64,000 nt of DNA from Chthoniobacteraceae bacterium (GTDB taxonomy: Bacteria > Verrucomicrobiota > Verrucomicrobiia > Chthoniobacterales > Chthoniobacteraceae), in contig JBEBGD010000006.1 of assembly GCA_040081625.1 (NCBI GenBank), positions 42,926 to 106,925 on the forward strand, read 5' to 3'. Numbering within the stretch: position 1 is the first letter of the stretch; every line of letters starts with the position of its first letter. Made by a program: the position numbers and the translations under genes. The notes under the pieces were generated by a model. That model saw nothing but the letters and a program-made list of their open reading frames with translations, was not told where the DNA came from and ran no database searches. Below, in pieces: positions 48,299 to 57,932 of this stretch.

Positions 48299-48407
48299 GG
48301 ATGTTTTCACAGGGGCGAAGGTGGGGCGGCGTTGATAAGTTGTCAATTTCTCTTTTCGTTCGCAATTTAGCTTGCCCGGATAACTTCGTAATTTATCATG
48401 CGCGGCC
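48299..48407. promoter_or_regulatory. Divergent promoter/operator region
   Basis: AT-rich; near-palindrome TTGATAAGTTGTCAA at 48332-48346; TTGCCC-N16-TATCAT at 48372-48399 before ATG 48408. Confidence 0.5.
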
Positions 48408-48665
48408 ATGCGGAAAACCGTTCATCCAGAAAAGAAGCACCAGTCCTTCGGCGTGAGTTTCCCTCCGCACTTGCGGAACGCGGCCCGCACGCGCGCATAC
48501 AGCCTTGAGGTCAATCTCAGCCGCTATCTCCAGCATCTCGTGGAGGCCGACCTCGGCGTCACGCCGCTGCCTTCCAAATTCGAGCACAGCGGCGCTCCGC
48601 ACAGCAAACCGAAAGGCAAGGCCGTCCGTCAGCGGCACCCGCGGCAGCCGGGCACTGCGGGCTAG
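48408..48665 (+). CDS. Ribbon-helix-helix-like regulator (rightward)
   Basis: SFGVSFPPHL....R.....LSRYLQHLVEADL. Confidence 0.6.
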   Translation: MRKTVHPEKKHQSFGVSFPPHLRNAARTRAYSLEVNLSRYLQHLVEADLGVTPLPSKFEHSGAPHSKPKGKAVRQRHPRQPGTAG

Positions 48666-48754
48666 ACGGTGACACTTTCGCCTCCGGTTCGCTCCCCGCG
48701 CGCCGGGCCGGAGGCATCACCAAATCGCGTGCGGGAAACACAACGAAACATCCA

Positions 48755-49483
48755 ATGAAAATCGAGAAAAAGACACAGTTCGAGAACCACCCAGAATACA
48801 CCGGTCGCGCGCTCTGCGTGGACGTCACTCCGCTCAAAAAGGTCGAAACAAAATTCGGCCCGCGAGAGCAATTCAAACTCGTCTTCGAGACGGAGTGCCT
48901 GCGGCAGGACGGCTCGCCGTTCCTCGTCTGGAGCGCCGGCTTCACGCCCAGCCTCCACGAGAAAGCGGCGCTCACGAAGTTCCTGCGCCAGTGGTTCGGT
49001 CGCGCGCTCAGCCAGGCCGAGCAGGACGAATTCGATACCGAGAGCCTCGTGGGGCGCGCCGCAGTCGTCACCATCGTCCACAACGACGGTCGCGACGGTC
49101 AGACCTACGCGAACATCGCTCTCATCCAGGCGGACAAATCCGGGAAGCCGATGACGCCGAGCGGCAAATATCAGCGCGTGAAGGATCGCCCGGCGAAGGA
49201 CAACGACGCGCAGTATTCGCGCGCCGAGCAGCCGGCGAACGGCGATGGCGCGAGCGCCGAAAGCTGGCGCGGAGTGAAGGTCCACGTCGGCAAACACGCC
49301 GGGCTCGATCTCGCCGATCTCGACCGTGAGGCCGTCGAGGCGCTCATCGCGCGCTGGCTGCCGGAGGCGAAGGCCAAAGCGAAGCCGCTCGCCGACGACC
49401 GCCGCCTCATCGCGGCGCTCGAAGCCGCGAAAGCGGAGATCGCGGCGGAGGACAACATCCCGATGGACAACCAGCCCTACTGA
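48755..49483 (+). CDS. Phage replication / ssDNA-binding-like protein (NGO0469-like)
   Basis: SLHEKAAL..FL..W.G, FDTESLVG, YANI; acidic tail EDNIPMDNQPY like an SSB C-terminus. Confidence 0.6.
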   Translation: MKIEKKTQFENHPEYTGRALCVDVTPLKKVETKFGPREQFKLVFETECLRQDGSPFLVWSAGFTPSLHEKAALTKFLRQWFGRALSQAEQDEFDTESLVGRAAVVTIVHNDGRDGQTYANIALIQADKSGKPMTPSGKYQRVKDRPAKDNDAQYSRAEQPANGDGASAESWRGVKVHVGKHAGLDLADLDREAVEALIARWLPEAKAKAKPLADDRRLIAALEAAKAEIAAEDNIPMDNQPY

Positions 49484-49490
49484 ATCTCCG

Positions 49491-50318
49491 ATGATCCTCA
49501 TTCGACGCGAAAGCGCCTCGCACTGGTATCTGCGCGACGGCACTCCGTTCCACGAAACCGAGCGTGCTGACGGCAAAGGTCTGCGCTCGGTCACGCTCCG
49601 CGATGCGCGCAAAGTTCGCGCCTACCCGAGCGTCACCAACGTCCTCAGCATCCTCGCCAAGCCCGGCCTCGACGCGTGGAAAATTGAGCAGGGAATCATC
49701 GCCGCGCTGACTCTCCCCAAGCGCGAGGACGAATCCCTCGACGCATTCGCCAAGCGCGTCGTCACTGACATGGGCGAGCAGGTGGAGAAGGCCGCCGATC
49801 TCGGGAGCGCCATCCACGCCGCGTGCGAGGTGTATGCGAACTCGAAGGCGCTGCCGGAAAGCCCGGCGGTCGCCGCCCTGTTCGCGCCGGTGCGCGAGTG
49901 GTTCGACCGCGAGGTCGAGCGGATCGACTGCATCGAGCGCGTCGTCACTCACCCCGAGTGGGGCTACGGCGGTCGGCTGGACATGGTGGCGAAGCTCAAG
50001 AGCACGGGCTCTTGGGCCGTCGTGGATTTCAAAACGCAGAAGGTGAAGCGCGACGCCAAGGGCGCGCTGAAGCCGACATTCTACGAGACGTGGCCGCTCC
50101 AGCTCGAAGCCTACCGACAGGCGATCCTCGCCGAAGCGACGCGCAAGCAGCCGGTCGATCTCGTGTCGCTCGTCATCAGCTCCATCGAGCCGGTGCCGGT
50201 GATGCCGAAGGTCTGGCCGCGCGAAGAACAGGCCGGCTACTACCGCGCCTTCATCAACGCCCGCAACCTCTGGGTCTGGATGAAGGGCTACTGCCCCATC
50301 GAGTCACCCGTCGCCTGA
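49491..50318 (+). CDS. Phage PD-(D/E)XK (RecB/Cas4-like) exonuclease
   Basis: PSVTNVL, GSAIH, YGGRLD, VDFKT, QLEAY. Confidence 0.8.
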   Translation: MILIRRESASHWYLRDGTPFHETERADGKGLRSVTLRDARKVRAYPSVTNVLSILAKPGLDAWKIEQGIIAALTLPKREDESLDAFAKRVVTDMGEQVEKAADLGSAIHAACEVYANSKALPESPAVAALFAPVREWFDREVERIDCIERVVTHPEWGYGGRLDMVAKLKSTGSWAVVDFKTQKVKRDAKGALKPTFYETWPLQLEAYRQAILAEATRKQPVDLVSLVISSIEPVPVMPKVWPREEQAGYYRAFINARNLWVWMKGYCPIESPVA

Positions 50319-50344
50319 AACCGTAGCGCCAACCGCAAACGACT

Positions 50345-50536
50345 ATGGCCGATATCCAAGTCCGGGAAGGAATCACCTTCGAGTGGCTCGACGATCCGTC
50401 GACGCCGAACCGTAGATGGCGCGCACGTATGTCGCGCGAGGTATTCGCGGCGCTCGTGAAAGAAAAACTCGGGACCGACTGCGGCGACTCGTTCCTCAAG
50501 AAACCACGCCGGAGAAAACAATGCTCACTACCATGA
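50345..50536 (+). CDS. Small hypothetical protein
   Basis: ATG ORF filling the gap in the operon. Confidence 0.4.
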   Translation: MADIQVREGITFEWLDDPSTPNRRWRARMSREVFAALVKEKLGTDCGDSFLKKPRRRKQCSLP

Positions 50537-50700
50537 GACAACCTGCTCTGCCGCTGTTTGAGCGGCCTCACCGCGCCCCGTTCGATTTCAGCTCGATGTG
50601 CCAATCCCGCAACCGCCGCCGTCACACGTGGCCGTGGCGCGTGTTCTTGCTGCTGCTCGGCTTCGCAGTCGGTTGGCTCATGCGCGGCCTCATCGGGTGA
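50533..50700 (+). CDS. Small protein with a C-terminal transmembrane segment
   Basis: Hydrophobic WRVFLLLLGFAVGWLM; ATGA coupling with the previous ORF. Confidence 0.45.
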   Translation: MRQPALPLFERPHRAPFDFSSMCQSRNRRRHTWPWRVFLLLLGFAVGWLMRGLIG

Positions 50701-50715
50701 CATCGCACCACCAGC

Positions 50716-51960
50716 ATGACCGTCCACACACCAGCGGAAGCGTTCCGCCACGCCCTCGATGCAGGCCGCAACGTGTTCCTCACCGGCATGGCCGGCACGG
50801 GAAAGAGCACGCTACTGCGCGGCCTCATCGAGGAGCGCGGCAGCGCCGTGACGATCACGGCCGCGACCGGCATCGCCGCGCTCAACGTCGGCGGCGTCAC
50901 CGTCCATCGTTGGTCGGGCATGATGCTCGGCCCGCGCGCCGACCAGGACGACGAGGAGTATTTCCGGGAGCTTCAACACGATCATCGGTTCAGCGTGCGC
51001 GCCGGATTCGACCGCGTGCGCGACTGCGAGATGCTCGTCATCGACGAAATCTCGATGCTCTCGGGGCGCACGTTGCAATTCCTCGACTTCCTCTGCCGCC
51101 GGTTGCGGCGTTGCGATGAACCATTCGGCGGCATCCAGATCGTCGCCACCGGCGATTTTCTACAACTCCCGCCAGTGCGGAAAAATCCCGCCGTCCCCTA
51201 CGATTGGGCGTTTCTCACGTCGGCGTGGCGCGATGCGGCGTTCGCGGTGATCCACCTGACGAAGATCCATCGGCAGGAGGAACCAGATTTCACACGGGCA
51301 CTCTCCGCCTTCCGACAAGGCGACATCCGCGGCGCCGACGCGGGCGTGCTGCACCGCCGCGTCGTGTCTTTCCCCGACGCCAACATCACTCGGCTCTACA
51401 CGCACAACGTCCAGGTCGATAAATGGAACGCCTATCGGCTCGGCGAACTCCCCGGCGAGGAGATCGTCCTCGATGCGCGGCTCTCGGGGCCGGACAGCCA
51501 GCAGCAATTTCTCTGCAACAATCTCCTCACGCCGCAGCAGCTCGTGCTCAAGCCCGGTGCGCGCGTGATGTTCACCGTGAACAACGCCGAGGTCGGCTAC
51601 GTGAACGGTCAAGTCGGTGTCGTGGGCGCGGTGGCGGCGGGCCGCGTGATCGTGGCCACCGAGGGCAGCACGCTCGACGTGCCGCGCTTCACCTGGCGCT
51701 ACGACGAGCGCGACAAAACCAGCGCGGCCTTCACGCAATTTCCGCTGCGACTCTCCTACGCGCTCACGATCCACAAAGCCCAGGGGCTCACGCTTGACAG
51801 CGCCTACGTGGACGTTCGCGCCGCGCGCGAGCCGGGGCAGGCTTACGTCGCGCTCTCGCGGGTTCGGACCCTCGCCGGCCTGCACCTCAAGGGCTGGTTC
51901 TCCGGCGTCTTCGTCAGCCAGGCGGCGCGGACCTTCTACGCAAACCTCAACGGCAACTGA
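50716..51960 (+). CDS. Pif1-family SF1B DNA helicase
   Basis: TGMAGTGKS, ATGIAALNVGGVTVH, IDEISM, GDFLQLPPV, QFPLRLSYALTIHKAQG, YVALSR. Confidence 0.92.
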   Translation: MTVHTPAEAFRHALDAGRNVFLTGMAGTGKSTLLRGLIEERGSAVTITAATGIAALNVGGVTVHRWSGMMLGPRADQDDEEYFRELQHDHRFSVRAGFDRVRDCEMLVIDEISMLSGRTLQFLDFLCRRLRRCDEPFGGIQIVATGDFLQLPPVRKNPAVPYDWAFLTSAWRDAAFAVIHLTKIHRQEEPDFTRALSAFRQGDIRGADAGVLHRRVVSFPDANITRLYTHNVQVDKWNAYRLGELPGEEIVLDARLSGPDSQQQFLCNNLLTPQQLVLKPGARVMFTVNNAEVGYVNGQVGVVGAVAAGRVIVATEGSTLDVPRFTWRYDERDKTSAAFTQFPLRLSYALTIHKAQGLTLDSAYVDVRAAREPGQAYVALSRVRTLAGLHLKGWFSGVFVSQAARTFYANLNGN

Positions 51961-54900
51961 TGGACTGGGACGCGATCAAACTTTTCTATCTCGACTGCCG
52001 TAGCTTCAAAGCAACGGCGGAGCGATTTGGCGTGGCCATCGAAGCTCTCAAGAAGCGCGCGCAGCGCCAGCGGTGGAGGGACATCGAGGGGACATCGCAG
52101 AGCGCAGAGGGGACAAATGTCCCCTCCACGGACGGCACTGAGGGGACATGCACCGCTGCTGAGGGGACATCGCAGACCGAAAATGTCCCCTCTACGACCG
52201 CAAGTGTCCCCTCGATGTCCCCTGACGCATCGGCGGATGTCCCCTCTACGAGCGCAAATGTCCCCCCGATGTCCCCTCACGCACCGGCGGATGTCCCCTC
52301 CACGGATTCAAATGTCCCCTCGCGTGTCCCCTCTGCCGCTGCCGATGTCCCATCAATCTTCGCCGCCGACGTCACGACTTACCCGAACGCGATGTCGCCG
52401 GGCTCGCCCGCGGTTGACACCATCGCATCCGTCCTCGACGCGATTCAGGCTGGTCAGTTTCGCGCAGAAATCGAGGAGCTGCGGCGCGTGCTCGGGCGCG
52501 ACGGCAAGACGGCCTACGACCGCGCGAAGACCAGGCTGCCCGCGTTCTGCGTTTCCGGCACGACCGCCGACCGCAAACGGCTGCTCAAGCACACGGGCCT
52601 GCTGCAATTGGATTTCGATGGACTCAACGGAACGCTCGCCGCCGCACGGCAGAAAATCTCCGGCGATCCGCACGTCGCCGCCGCGTTCGTGTCGCCGAGC
52701 GGCGACGGCCTCAAGGTGCTGCTCCGCATTGATGGCTCGCGCCACGACGAGAGCGTGCGCGCCGCCGCCAAATACTTCGCCGACACCTACGGCCTCAAGC
52801 ACGACCCGCAGGTGAAGGAACCGGCGCGGCTCTGCTTCGTCTCGCACGACCCCGACCTTTTTCGCAACGCCGAGGCCACGATCTTTCCCATCGCCGACGA
52901 CGCGAGCACTGCGCCGAAGAACGGTCGCGGTCGCCCGAAAAAAGAGCGCGCGTGGTGGGCGGTGTTCAAAGGCGCACTCAGCACGCTCGACCTCGCCGCG
53001 ATCTTTCGGGAAGCAGAGATGCTCGGCGAATGTCTCGATCCCGACATCGGCAAATGGGCCGTGCGCTGTCCGTGGGCCGAGGACCACGGCAACGGCGGCA
53101 CCGACTGGAAAGCGAACGCCAGCGACACGGTGATTTTCGCCGAGAGTGATTTCCCCGCCTTCAAGTGCCTTCACGGCCACTGCGCGGAGCGCAAGATCGA
53201 GGACATCTGTGCTTGGTTCGAGGCGCGCAAGCCCGGCTGCGTGGACGCGCACTGCGCCGAGCGCCGTGTCTGGGAGGACGGGCAAACGAACGCCGCCGGC
53301 CGTCCACGCATCCTGCTCCCCGCCGATGATCGCCCGGATTCCGTCTTCGCTGATGAGCTGGGCGTCGTGCTCGAACCGAAACGCGAATGGTTCCTGAAAT
53401 CGGATTCCGTCGTCTCCGTCGAGCTGCGCCGCCTCAGCGAAAAAGTCCGCGCGCTCGCCTTCCGCACGATCCAGCCGGTCGAGGCCCGCACCGCCATCGA
53501 GAAGCACGTCGAGACGGGCTTCCTCGCGCTCGAACGCGATTCGGGTGATCTCGTCTTTCGCTCCCGGACGATGACGCGCGAGTGCGCCGGTGGATTGCTC
53601 GCCGCGCCGCAGTTCAAGGAGCGCCTGCCCGTCATCCTCCGCATCCTCAATGTGAGCCTGCCGATCCGCACCGCGAGCGGCGGCATCGTCTTTCCGAAGC
53701 CCGGCTACGACCCGCGCTTTCACACCTATACCGACCCGAACTCGCCGGAACTCCGGCTCATGTCGCTCGACGAAGCGCGCCAGTGGCTCCTCGATTTGCA
53801 CGAGGGCTTCTGCCTCAAGGACCAGCAGAGCACCACGCACCAGCTCGCCCGGCTGTTCACGCCGTTCTGCCGCGGACTCATGGGCTGGGACGCGCGCTTT
53901 CCGGTCTGGGCTTTCATGGCGAACCGCCCGCGCTCCGGCAAAGACTACCTCGCCGGTGTGACGCAGCTTCTCTACGAGGGCTGGACCTGCGAAGACGCGC
54001 CGCTCGGCATCGACAGCGAGGAAACGCGCAAACGCATCACTGCGGCACTGGTCGCGGGCCGGCGCACGATGCACTTCGCAAACTGCCAGGGCTACATTCA
54101 GGACGCCGTGTTCATCGGCTCGATCACGAGCAAGACGTTCGCCGCCCGCGCGCTCGGCAGCACCGACGCGAAGGCCGACCTCATCTTGCCGAACGAACTG
54201 GAGTTCAGCCTGTCGGCGAACGAGGGGCTGACCTTCCGCACCGACCTCGAACCGCGCACGCGCAAGATTGCCCTCGAGTTCGGCGAAGAAAACGCCAACG
54301 GCCGCGTGTTCAAAAATCCGCGTCTCCACGATTGGGTAATCGCGCACCGCGGCCAGCTCCTGAGCGCCGTTGGCGCGTTCGTGCGGAACTGGATGGACGC
54401 GGGTTGTCCGTCCGGGCCGACGCCCTTCAATTCATACCCCGAATGGGCCAGAGTCGTGGGCGGCATCCTGCACGCCGGCGGCCTCGGCGATCCGTGCCTG
54501 CCCCACCATGACGACGGCCTCGAAGTCGGCGGCGACCGCGAGGAGCGCGCGATGCGGGCGCTCTACACGCTCTGTTTCGAGGCGCATCCCGAGCAGTGGA
54601 TCGACAAGGGCATGGTCTTCGAGCTGGTCGCCAACAGCGACGACAACGACGCCCTGGGCTGGTTCGGCAGTTTCGCCGAGAGCGAGGCGCGCGGCACCAA
54701 GACCAAGATCGGCCTCCTGCTTCGTAAATTCCGGGGCCGCGAGATGAGCGGTGTAATGCTCGAAATCGACGCGAGCGGTGGACGCTCCGACCGCCAACAA
54801 CTTCGGTTCGCCCGCCGTCAGGCGACGCGCGGCTACCAAATCGCCGACCTTTTCAGCCTCCACCGTGGAGACGTTGGAGACGTTGGAGACGTTCCCCCCA

Positions 54901-56735
54901 TCCGTCAGACCGCAGACGAAATAATTCCTCCCTCAAATGGGACACACATTTACACACCTATGAATACAGCAACTACGGCAAACGTCGCCAAGGTCGCCAA
55001 CGTCTCCACAGGCCCGTTGCCCCGACTTCTGCGCGGCGCAAACGCGCTGCGCGAGATCGCGGGCTTCGTGCGCGAGTCGGGCGTCGTCGCGCTCGACATC
55101 GAGACTTTCGGCTCGCGCAAGAGCGACGCACTCGACCCGTGGCGCGGCGAGATTCGGCTGCTGAGTCTGTGCGTCGAAGGTCACGAGCCGTGGCTGCTCG
55201 ATCTCCAGGCGACGGGCTACGACCTTGGACCGCTCGGGCCGGCGCTGGCCGATGCGGAGGTCATTGCCCACAACGCGAAGTTCGATGCGCTATGGCTGCG
55301 CGTGAAGTGCGGCGTCAAATTGCAGCGGGTGTTCTGCACGCTGACCGCCGCGCGGCTGCTCGTCGCCGGCACGCGGCCCGGCAACGATCTCGACCGCTGC
55401 CTGGAACGCTATCTCGGCATCGCGCCCGGTGACGATCACAGCACCTCGGATTGGGGCGGGATGTTCCTGACCGACGACCAGCTCGCCTACGCCGGGCGCG
55501 ACGTGCGCCACCTGCACGCGCTCCGGAGCAAACTCCTCGACGAAATCTCCGCCGCCGCGCTCGATGCTGTGGCCCAGCTCGAAATGCAGTTGCTCCCCGT
55601 CGTGGTGGAGATGGAAGCCGCGGGCCTTGCCGTGGATCGCGCGAAGCTCGATGCAATCCGCGCCGCCGGTGTCGCCGAGTCGTCGGCGCGTGCGGCGGAG
55701 CTTCGTCTCGCGCTCAACGAACCGGCGCTCAACGTGTCGAGCCCGCAACAACTTCAGGCGGCGCTTCAACGGGCCGGTGTCACCGTCGCCAGCACGAACG
55801 AGGAAACGCTCACGGAAAGCGGCGACACCCGGTTCGTGCCGCTCGTGCTCGCGTATCGCGGAGCGGAAAAGCAGGCGCAGCAGGCGGTCGCGCTCATCGA
55901 GAGCATCGCCGCAGACGGACGCATCCACGGGCGGTTCGAGCCGACCGGCACAGCGACCGGGCGGTTCAGCAGCCGTGAGCCGAATCTGCAAAACATCGGT
56001 CGCGGCCCGCTGCGCGAGTGCTTCGTCGCACCGGAAGGTTTCAGTCTCGTCGTCGCCGACTACTCACAAATCGAACTGCGTGCGGCAGCGGCCATCGCGG
56101 GCGAAACGAAAATGATCGAGGCGTATCAGCGCGGCGTGGATCTCCATCGCGGCACAGCGGCGGCGGTGCTCGGCAAGCCAGGAGAGGCGGTGACCAAGGA
56201 AGACCGCCAGCTCGCCAAGGCCGTGAACTTCGGCCTGCTCTACGGCCAATCCGCGCCGGGCCTCGTGAAGTATGCGGCATCGAGCTACGGCGTGGCGCTG
56301 CCCGAGGACGACGCGAAGGAAATCCGCGCGAAGTTTTTCCGCACCTACGGCCAGCTCCGGCAATGGCACGGCGAGAGCCATCTCCAGGCGGAGAAAGGCG
56401 TGCGCGAAATCCGCACCGTGCTCGGTCGTCGGCGGCTCATCCCGCAGGAGGCATCCGCGTGGGAACGATTCACCGCGCTGGTGAACACGCCCGTCCAGGG
56501 CGGCTGCGCTGACGGAATGAAGCGGGCGCTCGTCCAGCTTGCGACTGCGCTGCCGCCGTCCGCGCGCATCGTCAGCACGGTGCATGACGAGATCATCGTC
56601 GAGGCGCCGGAGAACGAAGCCGAGGACATCCGCCGCACGGTCGAGGCGGTGATGATCGAGGCGATGGCGGCGCTCTTTCCGCAGGTGCCGGTCGAGGTCG
56701 AAGCCAACGTGTGCGCGAGCTGGGGAGAAAAGTAA
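51960..56735 (+). CDS. Multidomain replicase: HTH, VirE-N/BT4734-like primase, Zn motif, P-loop domain, 3'-5' exonuclease, family A DNA polymerase
   Basis: LQLDFDG, VSPSGDGLK, RLCFVSHDP; CPW..H..CLHGHC; RPRSGKD; LDIET, HNAKFD, YAGRD; TGRFSSREPNLQN, ADYSQIELR, RQLAKAVNFGLLYG, TVHDE. Confidence 0.88.
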   Translation: MDWDAIKLFYLDCRSFKATAERFGVAIEALKKRAQRQRWRDIEGTSQSAEGTNVPSTDGTEGTCTAAEGTSQTENVPSTTASVPSMSPDASADVPSTSANVPPMSPHAPADVPSTDSNVPSRVPSAAADVPSIFAADVTTYPNAMSPGSPAVDTIASVLDAIQAGQFRAEIEELRRVLGRDGKTAYDRAKTRLPAFCVSGTTADRKRLLKHTGLLQLDFDGLNGTLAAARQKISGDPHVAAAFVSPSGDGLKVLLRIDGSRHDESVRAAAKYFADTYGLKHDPQVKEPARLCFVSHDPDLFRNAEATIFPIADDASTAPKNGRGRPKKERAWWAVFKGALSTLDLAAIFREAEMLGECLDPDIGKWAVRCPWAEDHGNGGTDWKANASDTVIFAESDFPAFKCLHGHCAERKIEDICAWFEARKPGCVDAHCAERRVWEDGQTNAAGRPRILLPADDRPDSVFADELGVVLEPKREWFLKSDSVVSVELRRLSEKVRALAFRTIQPVEARTAIEKHVETGFLALERDSGDLVFRSRTMTRECAGGLLAAPQFKERLPVILRILNVSLPIRTASGGIVFPKPGYDPRFHTYTDPNSPELRLMSLDEARQWLLDLHEGFCLKDQQSTTHQLARLFTPFCRGLMGWDARFPVWAFMANRPRSGKDYLAGVTQLLYEGWTCEDAPLGIDSEETRKRITAALVAGRRTMHFANCQGYIQDAVFIGSITSKTFAARALGSTDAKADLILPNELEFSLSANEGLTFRTDLEPRTRKIALEFGEENANGRVFKNPRLHDWVIAHRGQLLSAVGAFVRNWMDAGCPSGPTPFNSYPEWARVVGGILHAGGLGDPCLPHHDDGLEVGGDREERAMRALYTLCFEAHPEQWIDKGMVFELVANSDDNDALGWFGSFAESEARGTKTKIGLLLRKFRGREMSGVMLEIDASGGRSDRQQLRFARRQATRGYQIADLFSLHRGDVGDVGDVPPIRQTADEIIPPSNGTHIYTPMNTATTANVAKVANVSTGPLPRLLRGANALREIAGFVRESGVVALDIETFGSRKSDALDPWRGEIRLLSLCVEGHEPWLLDLQATGYDLGPLGPALADAEVIAHNAKFDALWLRVKCGVKLQRVFCTLTAARLLVAGTRPGNDLDRCLERYLGIAPGDDHSTSDWGGMFLTDDQLAYAGRDVRHLHALRSKLLDEISAAALDAVAQLEMQLLPVVVEMEAAGLAVDRAKLDAIRAAGVAESSARAAELRLALNEPALNVSSPQQLQAALQRAGVTVASTNEETLTESGDTRFVPLVLAYRGAEKQAQQAVALIESIAADGRIHGRFEPTGTATGRFSSREPNLQNIGRGPLRECFVAPEGFSLVVADYSQIELRAAAAIAGETKMIEAYQRGVDLHRGTAAAVLGKPGEAVTKEDRQLAKAVNFGLLYGQSAPGLVKYAASSYGVALPEDDAKEIRAKFFRTYGQLRQWHGESHLQAEKGVREIRTVLGRRRLIPQEASAWERFTALVNTPVQGGCADGMKRALVQLATALPPSARIVSTVHDEIIVEAPENEAEDIRRTVEAVMIEAMAALFPQVPVEVEANVCASWGEK
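52076..52352. repeat. Iteron-like array of about 16 GAGGGGACA/TGTCCCCTC units inside the replicase gene
   Basis: 5 forward and 11 reverse GGGACA cores counted by eye; includes the palindrome GAGGGGACAAATGTCCCCTC. Confidence 0.85.
54866..55008. repeat. Three TGGAGACGT units and three inverted 9-mers around an AT-richer spacer
   Basis: Three exact copies at 54866-54892; ACGTCGCCA/AGGTCGCCA/ACGTCTCCA at 54982-55008. Confidence 0.8.
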
Positions 56736-57295
56736 TGAGCGACGACTACGCCAAACGCCAGACGCGCAAAGACGAGGCGCACACGCTCGAATACCGCGCG
56801 TGGATCGCTTCGCTTCCGCCAGAGGAACGGCGGCGCATGGTGGAGCTGGGCCTCGCCGAGCCGTTGCACGATGCGGACGGCTACGGCTGGGGCAACACCG
56901 ACGCGGCCGATTTTCCCGAGGCGTCCGAGAAACCCAAGCTGCCGATCGAGGCCGAGGAATTGCCGGTCGAAGTTGCCGCCATCGAAAACGAGACGGTGCT
57001 CGACATCCTGCGCCGTCTCATCGGCGAGCTGCTCGCGGAGCGCAACGCCCGCCTCAGCCTTGAGTGCCTCGCGCTCGCCACCGGCTTTTCCTACCTCGGC
57101 GGCACAATGACCGACATCGCCCGCCGGCACTGCGTCACCCGCGCGGCCGTGAGCAAACGCTGCGTGGAGCTGACCGAACGGCTGCACCTCCTTCCGTCGC
57201 GCGCCATGCGCTCCTTGACAGCGCGCCGCGCATATCAGGCCGCCCAGCTCTCAACCCGACAAGACCATGAACGATTTGGAAACCATCAATCCTAA
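56735..57295 (+). CDS. Hypothetical protein with C-terminal HTH
   Basis: MTDIARRHCVTRAAVSKR; TAATG coupling with the replicase. Confidence 0.65.
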   Translation: MSDDYAKRQTRKDEAHTLEYRAWIASLPPEERRRMVELGLAEPLHDADGYGWGNTDAADFPEASEKPKLPIEAEELPVEVAAIENETVLDILRRLIGELLAERNARLSLECLALATGFSYLGGTMTDIARRHCVTRAAVSKRCVELTERLHLLPSRAMRSLTARRAYQAAQLSTRQDHERFGNHQS

Positions 57296-57932
57296 AGCCC
57301 ACGTCACCACGCTCGGCCTGGAGATCGCCGACGACATGACCTTCGAGGAGTGGAACGAGTTTGCGCCGCATCTCGGCGACGCCGCGCTCGCGCTCGGCTT
57401 CGCCATCGGTGACTGGCTGATCTACGGCGAACGCTTCGCGCCGCAGCGCCCGCTGCCTGGATTCGAGAACATGCCGGCGAAGGTTCCGCATGAGCGATAC
57501 CAGGCCGCGCTGCTCGCCACCCGACTCGACATCGCCACCCTGCACAACTTCGCCTACGTCGCGCGGAATGTCCCCCGTTCGGTGCGACACGAACTGCTCT
57601 CCTTCGAGCATCACCGTGCGCTTGCCCGGCTCGACGCGACGGATCAACGGCAATGGATCGCCACGTCCCTCGCCGAGAACGATGCCGGTCGGCGGATGAG
57701 CGTGCGCCGACTGCGACGCTCCATCGAGGTCGGGCGCGTGCTCACCAGCGCGGAGTTGCAGGCCGACCCGGCGGACGCCGGAATCGTGAACCACATCCCG
57801 TTCGTGAACCGGCTCGTCGGCTGGTGGGGCCGGATGCGGGCCGAGGGCTGGCTCAAGACGGCGACCAAGGAGCAGCGCGCCGCACTCAAACGCGATCTTC
57901 AACCCATCATCGACATCCACCGCGAACTATGA
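57267..57932 (+). CDS. LmbU-like phage DNA-binding protein
   Basis: TFEEW, IGDWLIYGE, TLHNFAYVAR, LSFEHH, MSVRRLR. Confidence 0.6.
   Translation: MNDLETINPKAHVTTLGLEIADDMTFEEWNEFAPHLGDAALALGFAIGDWLIYGERFAPQRPLPGFENMPAKVPHERYQAALLATRLDIATLHNFAYVARNVPRSVRHELLSFEHHRALARLDATDQRQWIATSLAENDAGRRMSVRRLRRSIEVGRVLTSAELQADPADAGIVNHIPFVNRLVGWWGRMRAEGWLKTATKEQRAALKRDLQPIIDIHREL

Noticed and set aside
49491..50318. Cas4 / CRISPR adaptation gene
   Set aside because: No Fe-S cysteine cluster or cas1/cas2; the context is a phage replication operon.
52076..52352. CRISPR array
   Set aside because: Units are ~9 bp, irregularly spaced, in both orientations and inside a coding frame; no cas operon nearby.
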